From assembly GCA_030704615.1 (NCBI GenBank), contig CM060734.1:28954001-29018000 (forward strand): a stretch of 64,000 nt of DNA, given 5' to 3'. This document shows, in pieces, positions 40,607 to 52,914 of this stretch. The position numbers and the translations under genes are program-made. Each line of letters opens with the position of its first letter. Position 1 is the stretch's first letter. This DNA comes from Takakia lepidozioides. Taxonomy: Eukaryota; Plantae; Bryophyta. The notes beneath the pieces were generated by a model. That model made no database searches. It saw only the letters and a program-made list of their open reading frames with translations, and was not told where the DNA came from.

Positions 40607-43600
40607 CTATGTGACACTGTGATAGGCTGTGTCACGTTGTGATGGGCTGTGATAGGCTGTGTGACACTTGTACTTCCCGCCTTGGTCATACACGCTCGGC
40701 TTAACGACAAGTGCTCCATACTCCGTTGGTATCACTGGCGCAGCCCGTGACTGCTTTTGCGTTTCAACATGCAAATCGTGCTGCAATGGTTTGTCATGGA
40801 TACCACTGTACCCCTTCAACTTACTGGCATTGACTCTTCCCAGCATCTCTTTGTTAATGGTTTGTAACATGGCGGTGTTGTTATCATACATCTTCTGTAT
40901 GACATAAGGTCCTTTCCATGGTGATTTAAGCTTAGAAGCTTTAATCTTCCCCTTCTTCTGCAACCAGAAAACCAAATCTCCCGTCTTAAAAGTCTTTAAT
41001 TTGCCTTCATCAAACTGTTCCTTCCTCTTCATCTGAATTCTGGTCATGTTATCAGCTGCATCAGCACGTACTTCTTCCACATGGTATAATTCATGTTTCC
41101 TGACCTTAATTGAATCTTCCAATTCCATTCTCCTTCCCCATTCAGTTCTCATGGTAGGTAACAAGAATTCCACTGGAAGTAAAGCTTCCATACCATAAAC
41201 TAATTGGAATGGTGTATACTTAGTGGTGACTTTATATGAAGTCTTGTATGACCACAAAGCTGTCAGCAACTTTGTATCCCAATCCGTTCTGTTTGCATTG
41301 ACTATCTTAGCCAAGATAGTACATAGTATTTTGTTGGTAGCCTCTGCCTGCCCATTACCCTGTGGGTAATATGTTGTACTCTTCCTATGCACAATCATGA
41401 ACTCTTTAGTCAATAGTTCAATGGTCTCATTAATGAAGTGACTTCCCTGGTCACTGATAAATTCCAGGGGACAGCCAAATCGTGTAAGTATGTTCTCATA
41501 CAGGAACCTTGCTGTGGACTTGGCTGTGTTGTCCCTCAGAGCTTTAGCTTCCACCCACCGTAGTATAATCAGTGGTTGTAATTATGTACTTGTTTTGTGT
41601 ATTCCTGGCAGGTGGTCCAACAAAGTCTAGTCCTCATTTCTGAAATGGTTCAGTAGGCATCGTAGGATGCAAAGCCATCTTCCCAGATCTCTGCAAAGGT
41701 CCTAGCCTCTGACATTCATCACAACTCTGACAATACTTGTGTACATCTTTGAACAAAGTAGGCCACCAGTAACCTGCAAGTAGTATCTTCCTACTGGTAG
41801 TCTCTTCTCCAAAATGACCTCCAGCCACTCCTTTATGAACTTCCTCCAAAACTTTATTTACTTCATGGTGGTACAAGCATCGTTTAAGTACTTCCATCAG
41901 ATCCTAACGCTTATACATTGTCTGCCCCTACCATAATATAAGGTAAAAGCCTTGATAGCGATTCTCTTTTCTCTCTCTGCTCTTTAATCATAACTAGGTG
42001 GGCACTGACCATGATAAGGTATTATCTGATTGGCCACTGCCAATCTAACCATTCATCTGCACTTCCCTGCACCTCCATTGCAAATAAACTCGCATCAGTA
42101 ATTGGTCGTCTACTCTGTGGCGGGCTCACCTGTTGTTTAGGCGTGACAAATGATCTGCCACAATATGCAAACGGCAGGCTTGTAAACCAACTTCGAACTC
42201 AAACTCGTGCAAGATTATTAACCACCTTGCTATCCTTCCACTTATCAAAGGTTTGTTCACCAGATACATCAAAGCCTGGTGATCCACATAAAACATAAAC
42301 TTTCTCTTCCCAATAGGTAATGCCTGAATTTTTTTGACTGCATAAATCATTGCCAGTGCTTCTCTTTCAGTTGTGCTATAGTTCCTTTCAGCATTGTTCA
42401 TCAACCTGCTAGCATAGTACACATGTGAATCTATATTTCCTGTAATATTTTGGGCTAAACACGCTCCCAACGCTTCCCCTGAGGCAATCACAGTGAACAT
42501 GAATATCTACATGCCAGTGAGGGTTAATCAGCACAGGTGTAGTTGTTACCTGACAATGTAAGTTCCTCAAAAAGTCTGTTGACATTCAGCTGTCCATAGC
42601 AAACACTGCATCTTTCTTCAGAAGCTTGCTCAATGGTGCTGCTATCTGTGCATACCTTTTGACAATCTTCTGTAATAACTGGTTTGTCCAGGAATCTCCT
42701 TAGACTCTTAACATTACTGGTGGTGGAGAGGCTTTAATGGCCTCTGTCTTCCTGGGATCCACAAGAAGTCCCCTCTTACACACAATGTGTCCCAAAAGCA
42801 CCCTCTGAGTTCACACAAAAAGTACACACTTCTCTGGATTCAGGCCCAGACCTCATCTCCTGCATCTGGCCAAACATAACTCCAATTTATGCAAGTGCTC
42901 ATTCTTAGAGCTGTACACACTGAAATCATCCAGAACACGTGCATGAAATCATCCAGATACTCATGAAAATTCACTTATCACTCTCTGAAAGGTTGCTGGT
43001 GCATTACAAAGTCCAAAAGGCATGACTTTGTATGCATAAGCACCCCAGTCTGTGATGAAAGCTGTCTTTCCCTGGTCTTCTTTTGCCACTTGCACTTGAT
43101 TATAACCACTGAAGCCATCCATGAATGACATCTCATGGCCTGCCACAGTGTCCAATACCGCTTTTTGTGAATTGCAAGGGAAAAGGATCTTTCTTCGTGC
43201 AAGCATTCAACTTCTTATAGTTCACACACAACTCTCAGTTTACCATTCTTCTCGGGAACTATCACAATGGGTGACAACCAAGTTGTATACTCTATCGGTA
43301 TATAAACTTAGCGCCTCAGCCAACTTCTTTGATCTCTTCTCCAACCTTCTGTGCATAGTTGGGATTCATTCTGTACCTTGCATGTTTGATTGGTACTGAC
43401 CCTGGTTCCAGTTCAATCTTATGCTGACAGATCTCAGGTGGTATCCCTTTAGATCCTCTGTAGCTCCAAGCAAATACATCTCTGTATTTAATGAACAAAC
43501 TCCTAGCTTCCTCAAAGAATTCTGGCTCCAAATCGCCCCTACCTTCACCCATCCTCGGTTCCTCTCAGTTCCCACATTCACTTCTCTCACTGCTCATCAG

Positions 43601-43928
43601 CTGTGATTGTCCAAAAAGTCACCACTTCATCCTGTAAACTCATAGTGGCCGGTTCCTCTAGGATTTCCATTTCTCCCTCTCTTTCTTCATGAAATGTGGT
43701 GGGTAACTGCTTGTTTTCACACCTTCAATTGGTTTTGCGTCACTACACCACAGTAGATACATTTTAAACAACTTAGGCCTTCCAGCTGCATCTCTGCAAC
43801 CTGCTCCCACTCTAGGTGTGCAGAGAACAGGGTAGCTTCTTGCTCCTCATCAAGTCCTCCCCTCCAGTCATACTCCCTAACCCCTCGAGGTCTTCTCGTA
43901 GCAGGTAATCTACTAGATTTCTTAGTGG
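40607..43928 (-). pseudogene. Host gypsy pol (RT, RNase H, integrase) with many single-base frameshifts
   Basis: FMDGFSGYNQ..MPFGLCNAPATFQR; YYASR..NYSTTEREALA; EVHKGVAGGHFG..CQSCDEC; ISDQGSHF..GNGQAE. Confidence 0.93.
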
Positions 43929-44631
43929 TGTCGTGCGCATACATATCGCTACACAACTACATCGCTGTCCAAAACCACACAACACATGTGCACACCACAC
44001 ACTAGTATACCACTAGTCTACCACTAGTCCAGCCACTAGTCCAACCACTAGGCTACAACTAGTCAGTCACTAGGCTGCCACTACGCTGCCCACTATGGCA
44101 GTCACTAGTCCACACAATGATAAAGAAGAAGAATACAAGCACAAGCTCATGCGAGCTCACAAAGCTGAAGCATAAACTCATGCATATATAACCTCATCAC
44201 TCAAATACAAGTCAAGCCAAGTGCACCCCACGCCATGGGGAATCCACACTACGGCGCCATAGCTAGGCGCGGTGAGGCTCAACTCGAGAAAGATGAGCCT
44301 CCCGCGCTTGCCGTGAAGATAACCACTCCAGGGCCTAAATCTGCCTTGACCCCTGGATTGACACTTGGGCCAATCCCAAATGTCAATATGTAAAAGCTAG
44401 CTATTTCCTAGCTAGTTTCACACTAGTGGTAAAATAACTTGACAGCTGTCGTGCGCATATATCGCTACACAACTACATCGCTGTCCAAAACCACACAACA
44501 CATGTGCACACACACACTAGTATACCACTAGTCTACCACTAGTCCAGCCACTAGTCCAACCACTAGGCTACAACTAGTCAGTCACTAGGCTGCCACTATG
44601 CTGCCCACTATGGCAGTCACTAGTCCACACA
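43929..44631 (-). repeat. 3' terminal repeats: Y1 (44447-44631), X2 (44118-44444), Y2 (43929-44116); PPT AGGGGGG at 44636-44642
   Basis: The two Y copies differ at only a few positions; X2 matches 55799-56125; junction palindrome GACAGCTGTC at 44441-44450. Confidence 0.93.
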
Positions 44632-44891
44632 ATCGCCCCCCTAGCTGGTGCTTAGGTCCCTCTAAGTCCAGGTAGCCACAAGATGTGATAGTGACCATAG
44701 CCTCACTAAGTCCTCCACCACTATCCCTACTACACTCAAACTCGATAGATCAAGAGGCCGGGTGCAAGAGTTGCCCCATCGTTAGTCGCCGTCTTGCAAC
44801 CTGTGAACTTGAGCTTGGGATCTCATGTATTGACTCCTATGAGCTTGGCCTCCCATGTCTTGTTAGCTGCCTCCAGTCATGTCCACTGCCA

Positions 44892-45036
44892 CTATCCCAA
44901 GCAGTGTGGACACAACCAATCTCCGTCAGGAACCTTCTCAAGAGGTGGTGTCAAGCATCCCATATGCCAACCCCTTGAGCATCGATCACACACCAGCATG
45001 GTGGCTGCCCCTTTGGCAGACCCACAGAGCATGCAC
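44892..45036 (-). CDS. PHD finger (C4HC3) at the integrase C-terminus
   Basis: Manual translation: CMLCGSAKGAATMLVCDRCSRGWHMGCLTPPLEKVPDGDWLCPHCLG*; joined to INT via a one-base frameshift. Confidence 0.92.
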
Positions 45037-48000
45037 CTCAAACCTGCAGGTTACCACTGCCAAGTTTGGGTCAACTCTGCCATCGACATTGGGAAGGTGA
45101 CATGGCGCACAATTACGCACATGGTCTTTCCAAGTCATGCCATCCCGACCCTCTAAGATCAGGACCCCTGAGGGCAACACCTCTCGAACCCTCAGAATAA
45201 CACGCCCTGCAGTAACATCCAGAGTCGTAGGAGCAGTCTGCTGCAAATAAACATAGTCACCAGGGCTAAACCTCCGAACCCCAGGACGATATCCTCCACC
45301 ACGTATAGTGGCATACCTCAACGTATCACGGTGCTGTGCAATGGCAAGGTTCTCAAAAGCCATGGGCATGACTTTCTTGAACAACTCTGCACGCTGATCA
45401 CATGCACGTACCCACACGTCCGGATCGTCAAGGTTAAGGACTTGAGCAGTGTCCCTACGAATGGCTGCAGGCAAATCCGGCTCTCGGCCAAAGAGAAGGA
45501 AATATGGTGAGAAGGAGGCAAGTGATGCTTGTTTGCTGAACCTGTAGCCCATGGCTAACCAAGGAACCTGAAGATCCCAATCTCCTAGGTGTCCCTTCTG
45601 CAAGCCATACTTGCGCAAACCCCTCTTCACCGTCTGAACAACTCTCTCTGCTAAGCCATCGGCCTCAGGATGATCCCGAGAAGTGGTGCGGTGGTCTATC
45701 AAGGCTTTATCACACAAAGCCTGAAACTCCCCCAAGAACTCTCTCCCTTGTCCGTGAGTACCTCAGCTGGAGCACCAAATCGGCTAAGCACACGATCCAA
45801 ATGCATACGCAGCCCCCTCACTAGCCTTGTCAGGCAATGGAACCAACTCAATCCACTTGGAGAAGTGCTCCACCATCACCAACACATATCTGTGGTGGCG
45901 CATAGTCAGTGGCAACGGTCCTGCGAAGTCAAGACTCCACCTGTAGCCCAATCCCATGATAGGTAAAGGATGCAACTGTGGTGTAGGGGCGTTGAATGAA
46001 GCACGCACCCTGTCACACACCATGCACCTAGCCACAAACTGTTGCACCTCTGTATGCATACCACGCCACCAATACTGCCCCTGCAGTAAACTGTGAGTGC
46101 GTCGCACTCCAAAATGCCCCAACTCCTCATGGGCATGCCGCACTAACCGTGCACGCTGTGTGGGGTGAGGCACAATCCTCACCCGACCATCCTCCCACAC
46201 TCGAAGTAGGTGTATCCCCTCCCACTTGAACCTCTTGGCTCGTTGCAGGATCCGATCCCTCTCCCTGGCAGTCACAATGGCTGCCGTGTCTCCCGTGCGG
46301 AGGTAGTCCAACACAGCCGAATCCTCATGTATATCTCTGGCACCACCTAGCTCATCACTAGCCTCAGGGTCCTCAGACACTCCGTCTACAGTCATCCCTG
46401 TTGTAGGTCCAATCTGACCTCCCGATGCCAAGATACACAAAAATGCAGATGCGTGCCATCCCGGCACCATCTCCTCGTCCGTCTCACCATGCCACCGAGC
46501 TCCAGTGTCATCCTGCTGGCTCATGCATGGATTGCGACTCAATCCATCCGCATCCCGATTGACCAAACCCGGTCGATGCACAACCTGAAAGTCATACTCC
46601 TGGAGTATAAGTGCCCACCGTGCAAGCTTCCCCGTAAGCTTGTCTGACTCCATCAACCACTTGAGTGGCTGGTGATCCGTGACAAGGGTGAAAAGATTGC
46701 CGTATAGATAGCACCTGAAGTGTGCCACGGCCCACACTGCAGCTAAGCACTCTCCCTCATATGAGCTGTACTTAGCCTCTGCAGCGTTGTTCGAGCGGCT
46801 AGCGTAAGCCACTACGAACTCTCTTCCCTCATCATCCACCTGTGTGAGCACCGCTCCAAGCCCCAGCATGCTCCAATCCGTATGCAGCTGAAAGGGACGC
46901 CCCCTGATAGGTCGTCTCAAGATAGGCGCCGAGGTCAACCTCGCCTTGAGCTCTTGAAAAGCTCGTTCCTGCTCATCTTCCCACTGCCACTCCTGGTCCA
47001 CCTTGGTCAGCTTGGTTAGAGCCTTTGCAATGGTACTAAATCCCTTGACAAACCGTCTATAATAGTTTGCCAACCCCATGAAAGCTCGAACTCGGCTCAC
47101 ATCCGTGGGGCGTGGAATTTGTGCAATGGCCTCTACCTTAGTCTGCTGTACCCCCAATCCTCCAGGATATATCATGTGACCCAGATACTCAATCTGGTTG
47201 TGGAAAAACTTGCACTTCCCCGGATGCAACTTCAATCCGTGCGCTCTCAAGCGCTCCAATACCACCTGAAGGTGTCTCTCATGCTCCTCCATCGTAACAC
47301 TAAAGATGATGATGTCATCTATGTAGCACCGAGCAAAGTCCACCCCTGCTAGAATCCTATCCATGACTCTCTGAAACTCTGCAGGAGCATTCTTAAGCCC
47401 AAATGGTAAGAACCGCCACTGATATAGGCAATCCTTGCCGTGCTCATTGATCCCCCAGAATGCCGTCTTCTGCTTGTCCGCCTCCTTGATTGGCAACTGG
47501 TGATATCCGGATCGTAAATCCAAAGTGCTAAAGGCCTTAGCATGCCCGATGGCATCAAAGATCTCCTCTGGTGTTGGCATGGCATACTTATCGGACTTGG
47601 TCTGACGATTTACAGGCCGGTAATCACCGCACATACGTCTCTCCGTCCAATTGCCATAGACATCCTTCTTGGCTGGCATCACTGTGGCTGAAGCATACTC
47701 TCCACCAGAGAGCTCCACCAAACCTGCCTCCCAGAGATCTTGAGTCCTCATCTGAATCAAAGACCTCTCCATGTCACTGTATCTATAGGGTCTCCGAAAG
47801 ATTGGCGTGTCAGTGGCCAACTCAATACGGATCTCTTGACCCTTCAGTGCTCCCAAGTCCTTCAAACTGAAGGCAAAGCAATTCCTGTAAGCCCTCAGGA
47901 ACCGCCGTATACGTCGTCTCTCTCCTCCGGTGACAATGGGTCCAATGTCAGGCTCCCAATTGTCCTCCGTAACTACAACCTTAAGTCCAGTGGGCTTAGA

Positions 48001-48140
48001 GGTAGAGGACGCGTCCCGTGGTTGCTATGCTGCAACCTCTTGAGCAGTACTCCCTACCTGCTCAGTCAATGACAAGGCATCATCCTGCCCCATCATCTCA
48101 TCCTTGAGGACCTCCTCAACCGAGAAGAATCCCCAACCTC
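44986..48140 (-). CDS. Pol: RT (YIDD), RNase H, DDE integrase (HHCC, D..D..E)
   Basis: 693-aa ORF 45784-47865 plus 44986-45735; HEELGH..CMVC, WSLDFAGP, HPEADGLAER. Confidence 0.95.
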
Positions 48141-48319
48141 ATCCATCACAGCCGCCTTGGCTGCCAACTCCCTCTGAACCTCGAGCACCTCCCACGTGTG
48201 CCATGGATGCATGCACCCCGTGGTCCTCACATGCTCGCCCCCACTCTGCCTGTACCGTCTCGGTAGGCAGAGAGACCATTGAGGGAAGTGTATTCCGCAC
48301 TCTGCGTTGCTCAGCTAGA

Positions 48320-49270
48320 GCCAAGCTGATAATCCAGGTCAAGCAATTGAGATCCATTGCTTGCCCCAACACTTGACGACGTGATGCCTCAGAAAGAGAC
48401 GACACCGCCGTGGTACCAGTGGTAAAACCCATTGCCCGCTCACGCTCGTCAGCATTAGGCTCCACTAACTGCTGCAACTGAGCATCCCACAGGAGGCCAG
48501 GTCCACTATCCCGGAAAGCATGCGATCCTGGGAAGCTGAGCAGTGTAGGTAATGCTGCTCGTGGTTGACCCACCTTGTTGACCACTGCCAAAGGCGAACG
48601 GTCATCGTGTCTCACACGTTGAGACTGCCTCCCTGTGTCCAGAATGTTATCCACTGTGAGATGTGCTGGCCGCTGCACCCCATCAAATGCACGCTTGAGC
48701 AGTGCGGGTGCATCATGTTAGTCCACCATAGCCGTGGACGATGAGCCCGTGACCCCACTGTAGCTGCATCTAGCAACACTGCTGACCCAAGCCACGACCG
48801 GACTTGATGCACACTGGCCATCACCCTGGCCCGAGAATCGCCCATCAGTGGCACATTCTCCAAGATGTATGCTGGAGATACAGCTTGATGAAGCTGCAAG
48901 TGGCGCAAAACCCGCACCATCTCCCAAAACAGACCCGACCTCGAGTCTCGCAATCCATTGCCATGCCCGGCTGATGAATGCCCTTGGCAGGGCCAACCTG
49001 CCACTACCAGATCAATGGAGCCAACCCGCTCCAAATCCTGCGCCCCCAGCAACGAAATGTCTGCTGGCAAGGCCTGCTGATATCCACGAATTGCAGACAC
49101 CGACAACAACTCAGGGTACCGCTGCACAAACTGAGCAACATGGCGAAGTGAAACGCGTCGTGCAGTCTCATCCCTCTCCACATACAGGTAACGCCGAACT
49201 CGTACACCTGCCTGTAACACAGCAGCCAATCCGGTGCTGATCCCGCCAAACAAGTCCAGAAGACAAATGC
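48320..49270 (-). CDS. C5 cytosine DNA methyltransferase domain (DNMT3/DRM-like), one frameshift near 48705
   Basis: Motif I LDLFGGISTG, II YVE, III ADI, IV DLVVAGWPCQG, VI ILENV, VIII AHRPRLWW, IX ERERAMGF, X RRQVLGQAM, all in canonical order. Confidence 0.93.
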
Positions 49271-49499
49271 CTTCATCCGGAGACTGCCACACAATAGGTG
49301 TGGTGTCCAATGGAGACAATTGAGGTGGTCCTGGTGCAATCCCCACACTCTCCTCCTCTCCTGACGGTACAAAAGCCTCCACCCAGGCTTGTTGCACCCG
49401 TCGATCAGCATCCCGCTGCAAATCCTTGCTCGTGCCCCACAATGGAGTCTGAGCAACCATGGTAGGCAACTCCGCCATACCATACATGTCATCCTGCTC

Positions 49500-50554
49500 T
49501 CCCGAGGTGGTACATCCTCTGAATGAGCATTGCCCTCAAGCAACTCTCTAGGCCAACTCACTGCCGCTGTGAATGCTGCTAGTGTCGGCATCTTGCCTCG
49601 CTGGGCAACCGCAACTCCTCCTATGAACGTCACAGGGAGCTGCACACGCCGGCCCTCCCCTGACTGCCATGCAGGCCTATAGGAAGCTGACTCCTCCCAA
49701 AAATCCAGGGTGAAGCCCATGGGGTACAACACTGCCCCACCAACCAGGACATCGTATGAGACTGCGTCTGTCACAATGGCCTTGGCTCGCATCACTGAGC
49801 CATCTGTAGGGTGATCCGGCCGTAGTCTGATAGCCAACTCATGCCGTGTCATGCCCCGAGCCTGCTCCGATCCTCCCAGAGACGTCTGTATCTGGAAAGG
49901 ACAAGGCTCCATATCCGCCTCCGTGAGGCCCAAGCCTGCAATAGCAGCTCTGCCCAGCATCAGTGGCTGAGCTCCCGAGTCCAACAAGACTCGCAGTGGC
50001 CGGTACCTCTTGCCTGCCGGTCCACTCAAACAGAAAATGCCATCCTGGTTGTCTAACATGACAACTCCAGGTGTCACCATGGCGCGCTCAATGGCTGGCC
50101 TAGCTGGCAGCTCCATCAACCTGGCAGCTGCAGCTTGCCATGGCGCCGCCGTGGCAGTCTTGACCCTCAAATCCGAGGATCCCTCCGGCACTACACCTCC
50201 CACTATCTCCGCAGAAGATGAAGTAACCTCCCCACTCTCACAGAGTGTAGCTGCCAGCCTGAACACCTCAGCTGGTCTTACCCCCGGCGTCGCAATCATG
50301 GTAGCCGAGAACAATGGAGCCTGGCACACAGATGTGGCCGCTCCTAGCAGCACACTAGCTGCCGTAGCCTTGGCAACACTAGGTAGTGGTGCTACCCGTG
50401 TAGCTCTCCCCAATGGCATAGTAACCTCCGCCTCGGTAACAGTCGGGCGAGAACTAGGTGCCATGGATGGCGTCGACACTGTCTCCGCCAATGTGAATGA
50501 CTGAGGAAGCCTAGCCTGACGGCTTGCCTCCCCACGCTGTGGATCCAACTCCAC
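49500..50554 (-). CDS. Retroviral-type aspartic protease region
   Basis: RVLLDSGAQ...YDVLVG. Confidence 0.85.
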
Positions 50555-50559
50555 CTCTG

Positions 50560-52160
50560 CACCTCGTGGCTCAGGAAACTCGTGCTGCTCCTCGAGTCAC
50601 GGCTGCAGCAGACTCCACCTGCACTAGTGGTAGTGCTGCTCCACACATGAATCCCATGCCTCCCATATCTCCTCCCTCAGGAGCAGGAGGTGGACCATCC
50701 GGCCTTAGAGCCGGTACCACCTGAGCTGTAGCCATGGCAGCAGCGAGCCTCTGCTCTAGCTGCTGAAGCCGGTTGGCCATGCCTTGGTCAACACCCTGAC
50801 CTCCGCGTCCTTGGCCACGTTGAGCTTGCCCTTGGCCTGCACCTCGTGGCTGGCCACCTCGTCCTCTCTGGGCTGCTCCACCTCGCCCCCGGCCACCATT
50901 GTTCCCTTGGAACTGGCCTGGGCGCAACTCAGGATGCAAACCATAACACTGGCCTCTCCATGCCCGTGTTTTGCCACAATGCCCACACTGTAACTGTGCA
51001 GGCTGTGCATGTGCCGACCCTTTGCCTCCCTCTGGACAATCCTTCTTGACATGGGGTCCTCCACATGTCCAGCACACCACATCCGCCCGTTGTTGGCCAG
51101 CAAATGAAGGGAGAGACCCCTGCATTGAGGTCCTCTCTGCCCTTCCCTGCTTCACCTGAGCCCCCTTGTTGCCTTGAGCACGTTGAGGTAGTGGTTGGCT
51201 AGGAGCACCACTACCCCGTGGTGTCTCCTTAGCAAATCCCACCATGACCACTTCGTTCCTCCACCATGTTGAGCTCTATCCGCTCTGCCAGCAAAAACAC
51301 ATTTGCTAAGGTGGGTTGGGCCGCTTGTAGGAGAGTTGCATCCCGCACCCTTCTCCTCAGCTCCTTGTCCAATATCCCATACCAGAATTGGACTGCCTGA
51401 GCTTCCGTAACCCCTTGGGTTACATTTATCAAGCGCCTCATGCGAGTGAAGCCTCCCTCAAGCTCGGTCGGCTTCCGTTGGAACTCTTGCAAGCTCCGCA
51501 ACTTCTCTGTCCTCACCCCTTGGTAGTTCCCTCTCAACTCTTCGAAGAACTCCACAACAGGGTTGAAGGCAGGCACGGGTGCTAGTGCTGGTGCGGTAGT
51601 GGCTTGGGTGGACGTCGTAGCTACTGTACCACCAGTCCCACTGCTGCTTGCTGAAGCTGCCGGTGCAGCGGCAGGTGTAGCCACTGCCCTCGTGGCTCTA
51701 GTGCCCCTAGTGATGGAGACATAGTCGGGTGACCAGTACATCCTCCACTCCTCGATCTCAACCTCATGCCCCCGCCTGAACTCATGGTAATCATCCATAG
51801 GCGGCCCCTCAAGGTGCTGAAACAGCCCCTTCCATGCCATGAAAGGCGTAAATAGTTGTGGATTGCGCATTTGCTGCAAATCACACCAACTATCAAACTC
51901 TTGGATAAAATCATCCAACTCGATGGTGCCCACCGCCCCAGAGTACCTTCGTGGCCCCTTGGTAGCTCCATACATCTCCTCCATTGTGTCCCACAACAAT
52001 GGCAAAGAAAACAACTTGCACCCGGTATGAGTCCTCCTGATTCAATCCGAATCAGAACCTTCCGTGGAAGACACAGGAGGTGAAGGTGGCCTAAACCGCA
52101 CACCTCGTCTCGTGTACCCACTAGTATCGCTAGTGCTCGAACCGGCACTGTCCCCAGCAA
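50560..52160 (-). CDS. Gag with two CCHC zinc knuckles and an RGG-rich segment (frameshifted pieces)
   Basis: ELDDFIQEFDSWC..LQEFQRKP; CWTCGGPHVKKDC; CGHCGK(H)GHGEASC. Confidence 0.85.
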
Positions 52161-52914
52161 CTAGTGGCACCTCCGTGTTGACACTCAACCGGTCATGAAC
52201 ATGTCCCTAACCCCCTCTCACAAGGTAACCGGGTAGAGAACCTGTTGCGGCTTATGGTTTGGAATACTAAGTTCCTAACATAGCCTACACCTGTACCTGC
52301 ATCCACCGCAAGCACTCCTATGGTTGGCTGGTCATCACCTCCAACCTCACCACAGGAGAAACAATGATGGTCTGGCTGGTCATCACCCCAGCCTCACCAT
52401 CGACAGCATGCTCTAGGACTGGCCGGTGATCAAATCCGGACCAATCACCTATAAAAACAAGCGCCCACACAAAACTAGCATGGCGCACAGTCAAGCATGC
52501 AGGTATGGAGGGGATCCAAACACAAGAAATCAGAACGACAACTCCCCCACACCAAAAACAACTCCACGGTGTTGCTCCTGCAAGGACACCCAGCCCAAAC
52601 CCGGACTGACTCTTGCCTCCACCTACGGAAAGGTCTTGGCCTAATGAGAGGGTGGAAACTACGAGGAAGAGAAGCTAAAGCAATGCCTAACCCCAGCATG
52701 CTCTCATCCCAACACTCTGCCTCTCCTCTCTATCCTCACTTGCATGACCATGGGAATATCATGAAGATACTCCTCAAACCGCCCTCCACGAGCTTCAAAA
52801 TTCGGCCTTCCAGACCACATGCCAGTCCTTAGGCAGTCCACCAGTGCCTCCACGAGTCAGCACAGGCCGTCCACAGGTCAACACGGGCCACCACAGACCA
52901 GCACAGGCCCACAC

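Noticed and set aside
43929-44631. Y-X-Y as a solo LTR inserted into an LTR, or a mini-element with Y as its LTRs
   Set aside because: There are no TSDs around X or Y internally, X is also the element's 5' end, the GTGG TSD encloses the whole 12.2 kb, and the arrangement recurs at 24615-25083.
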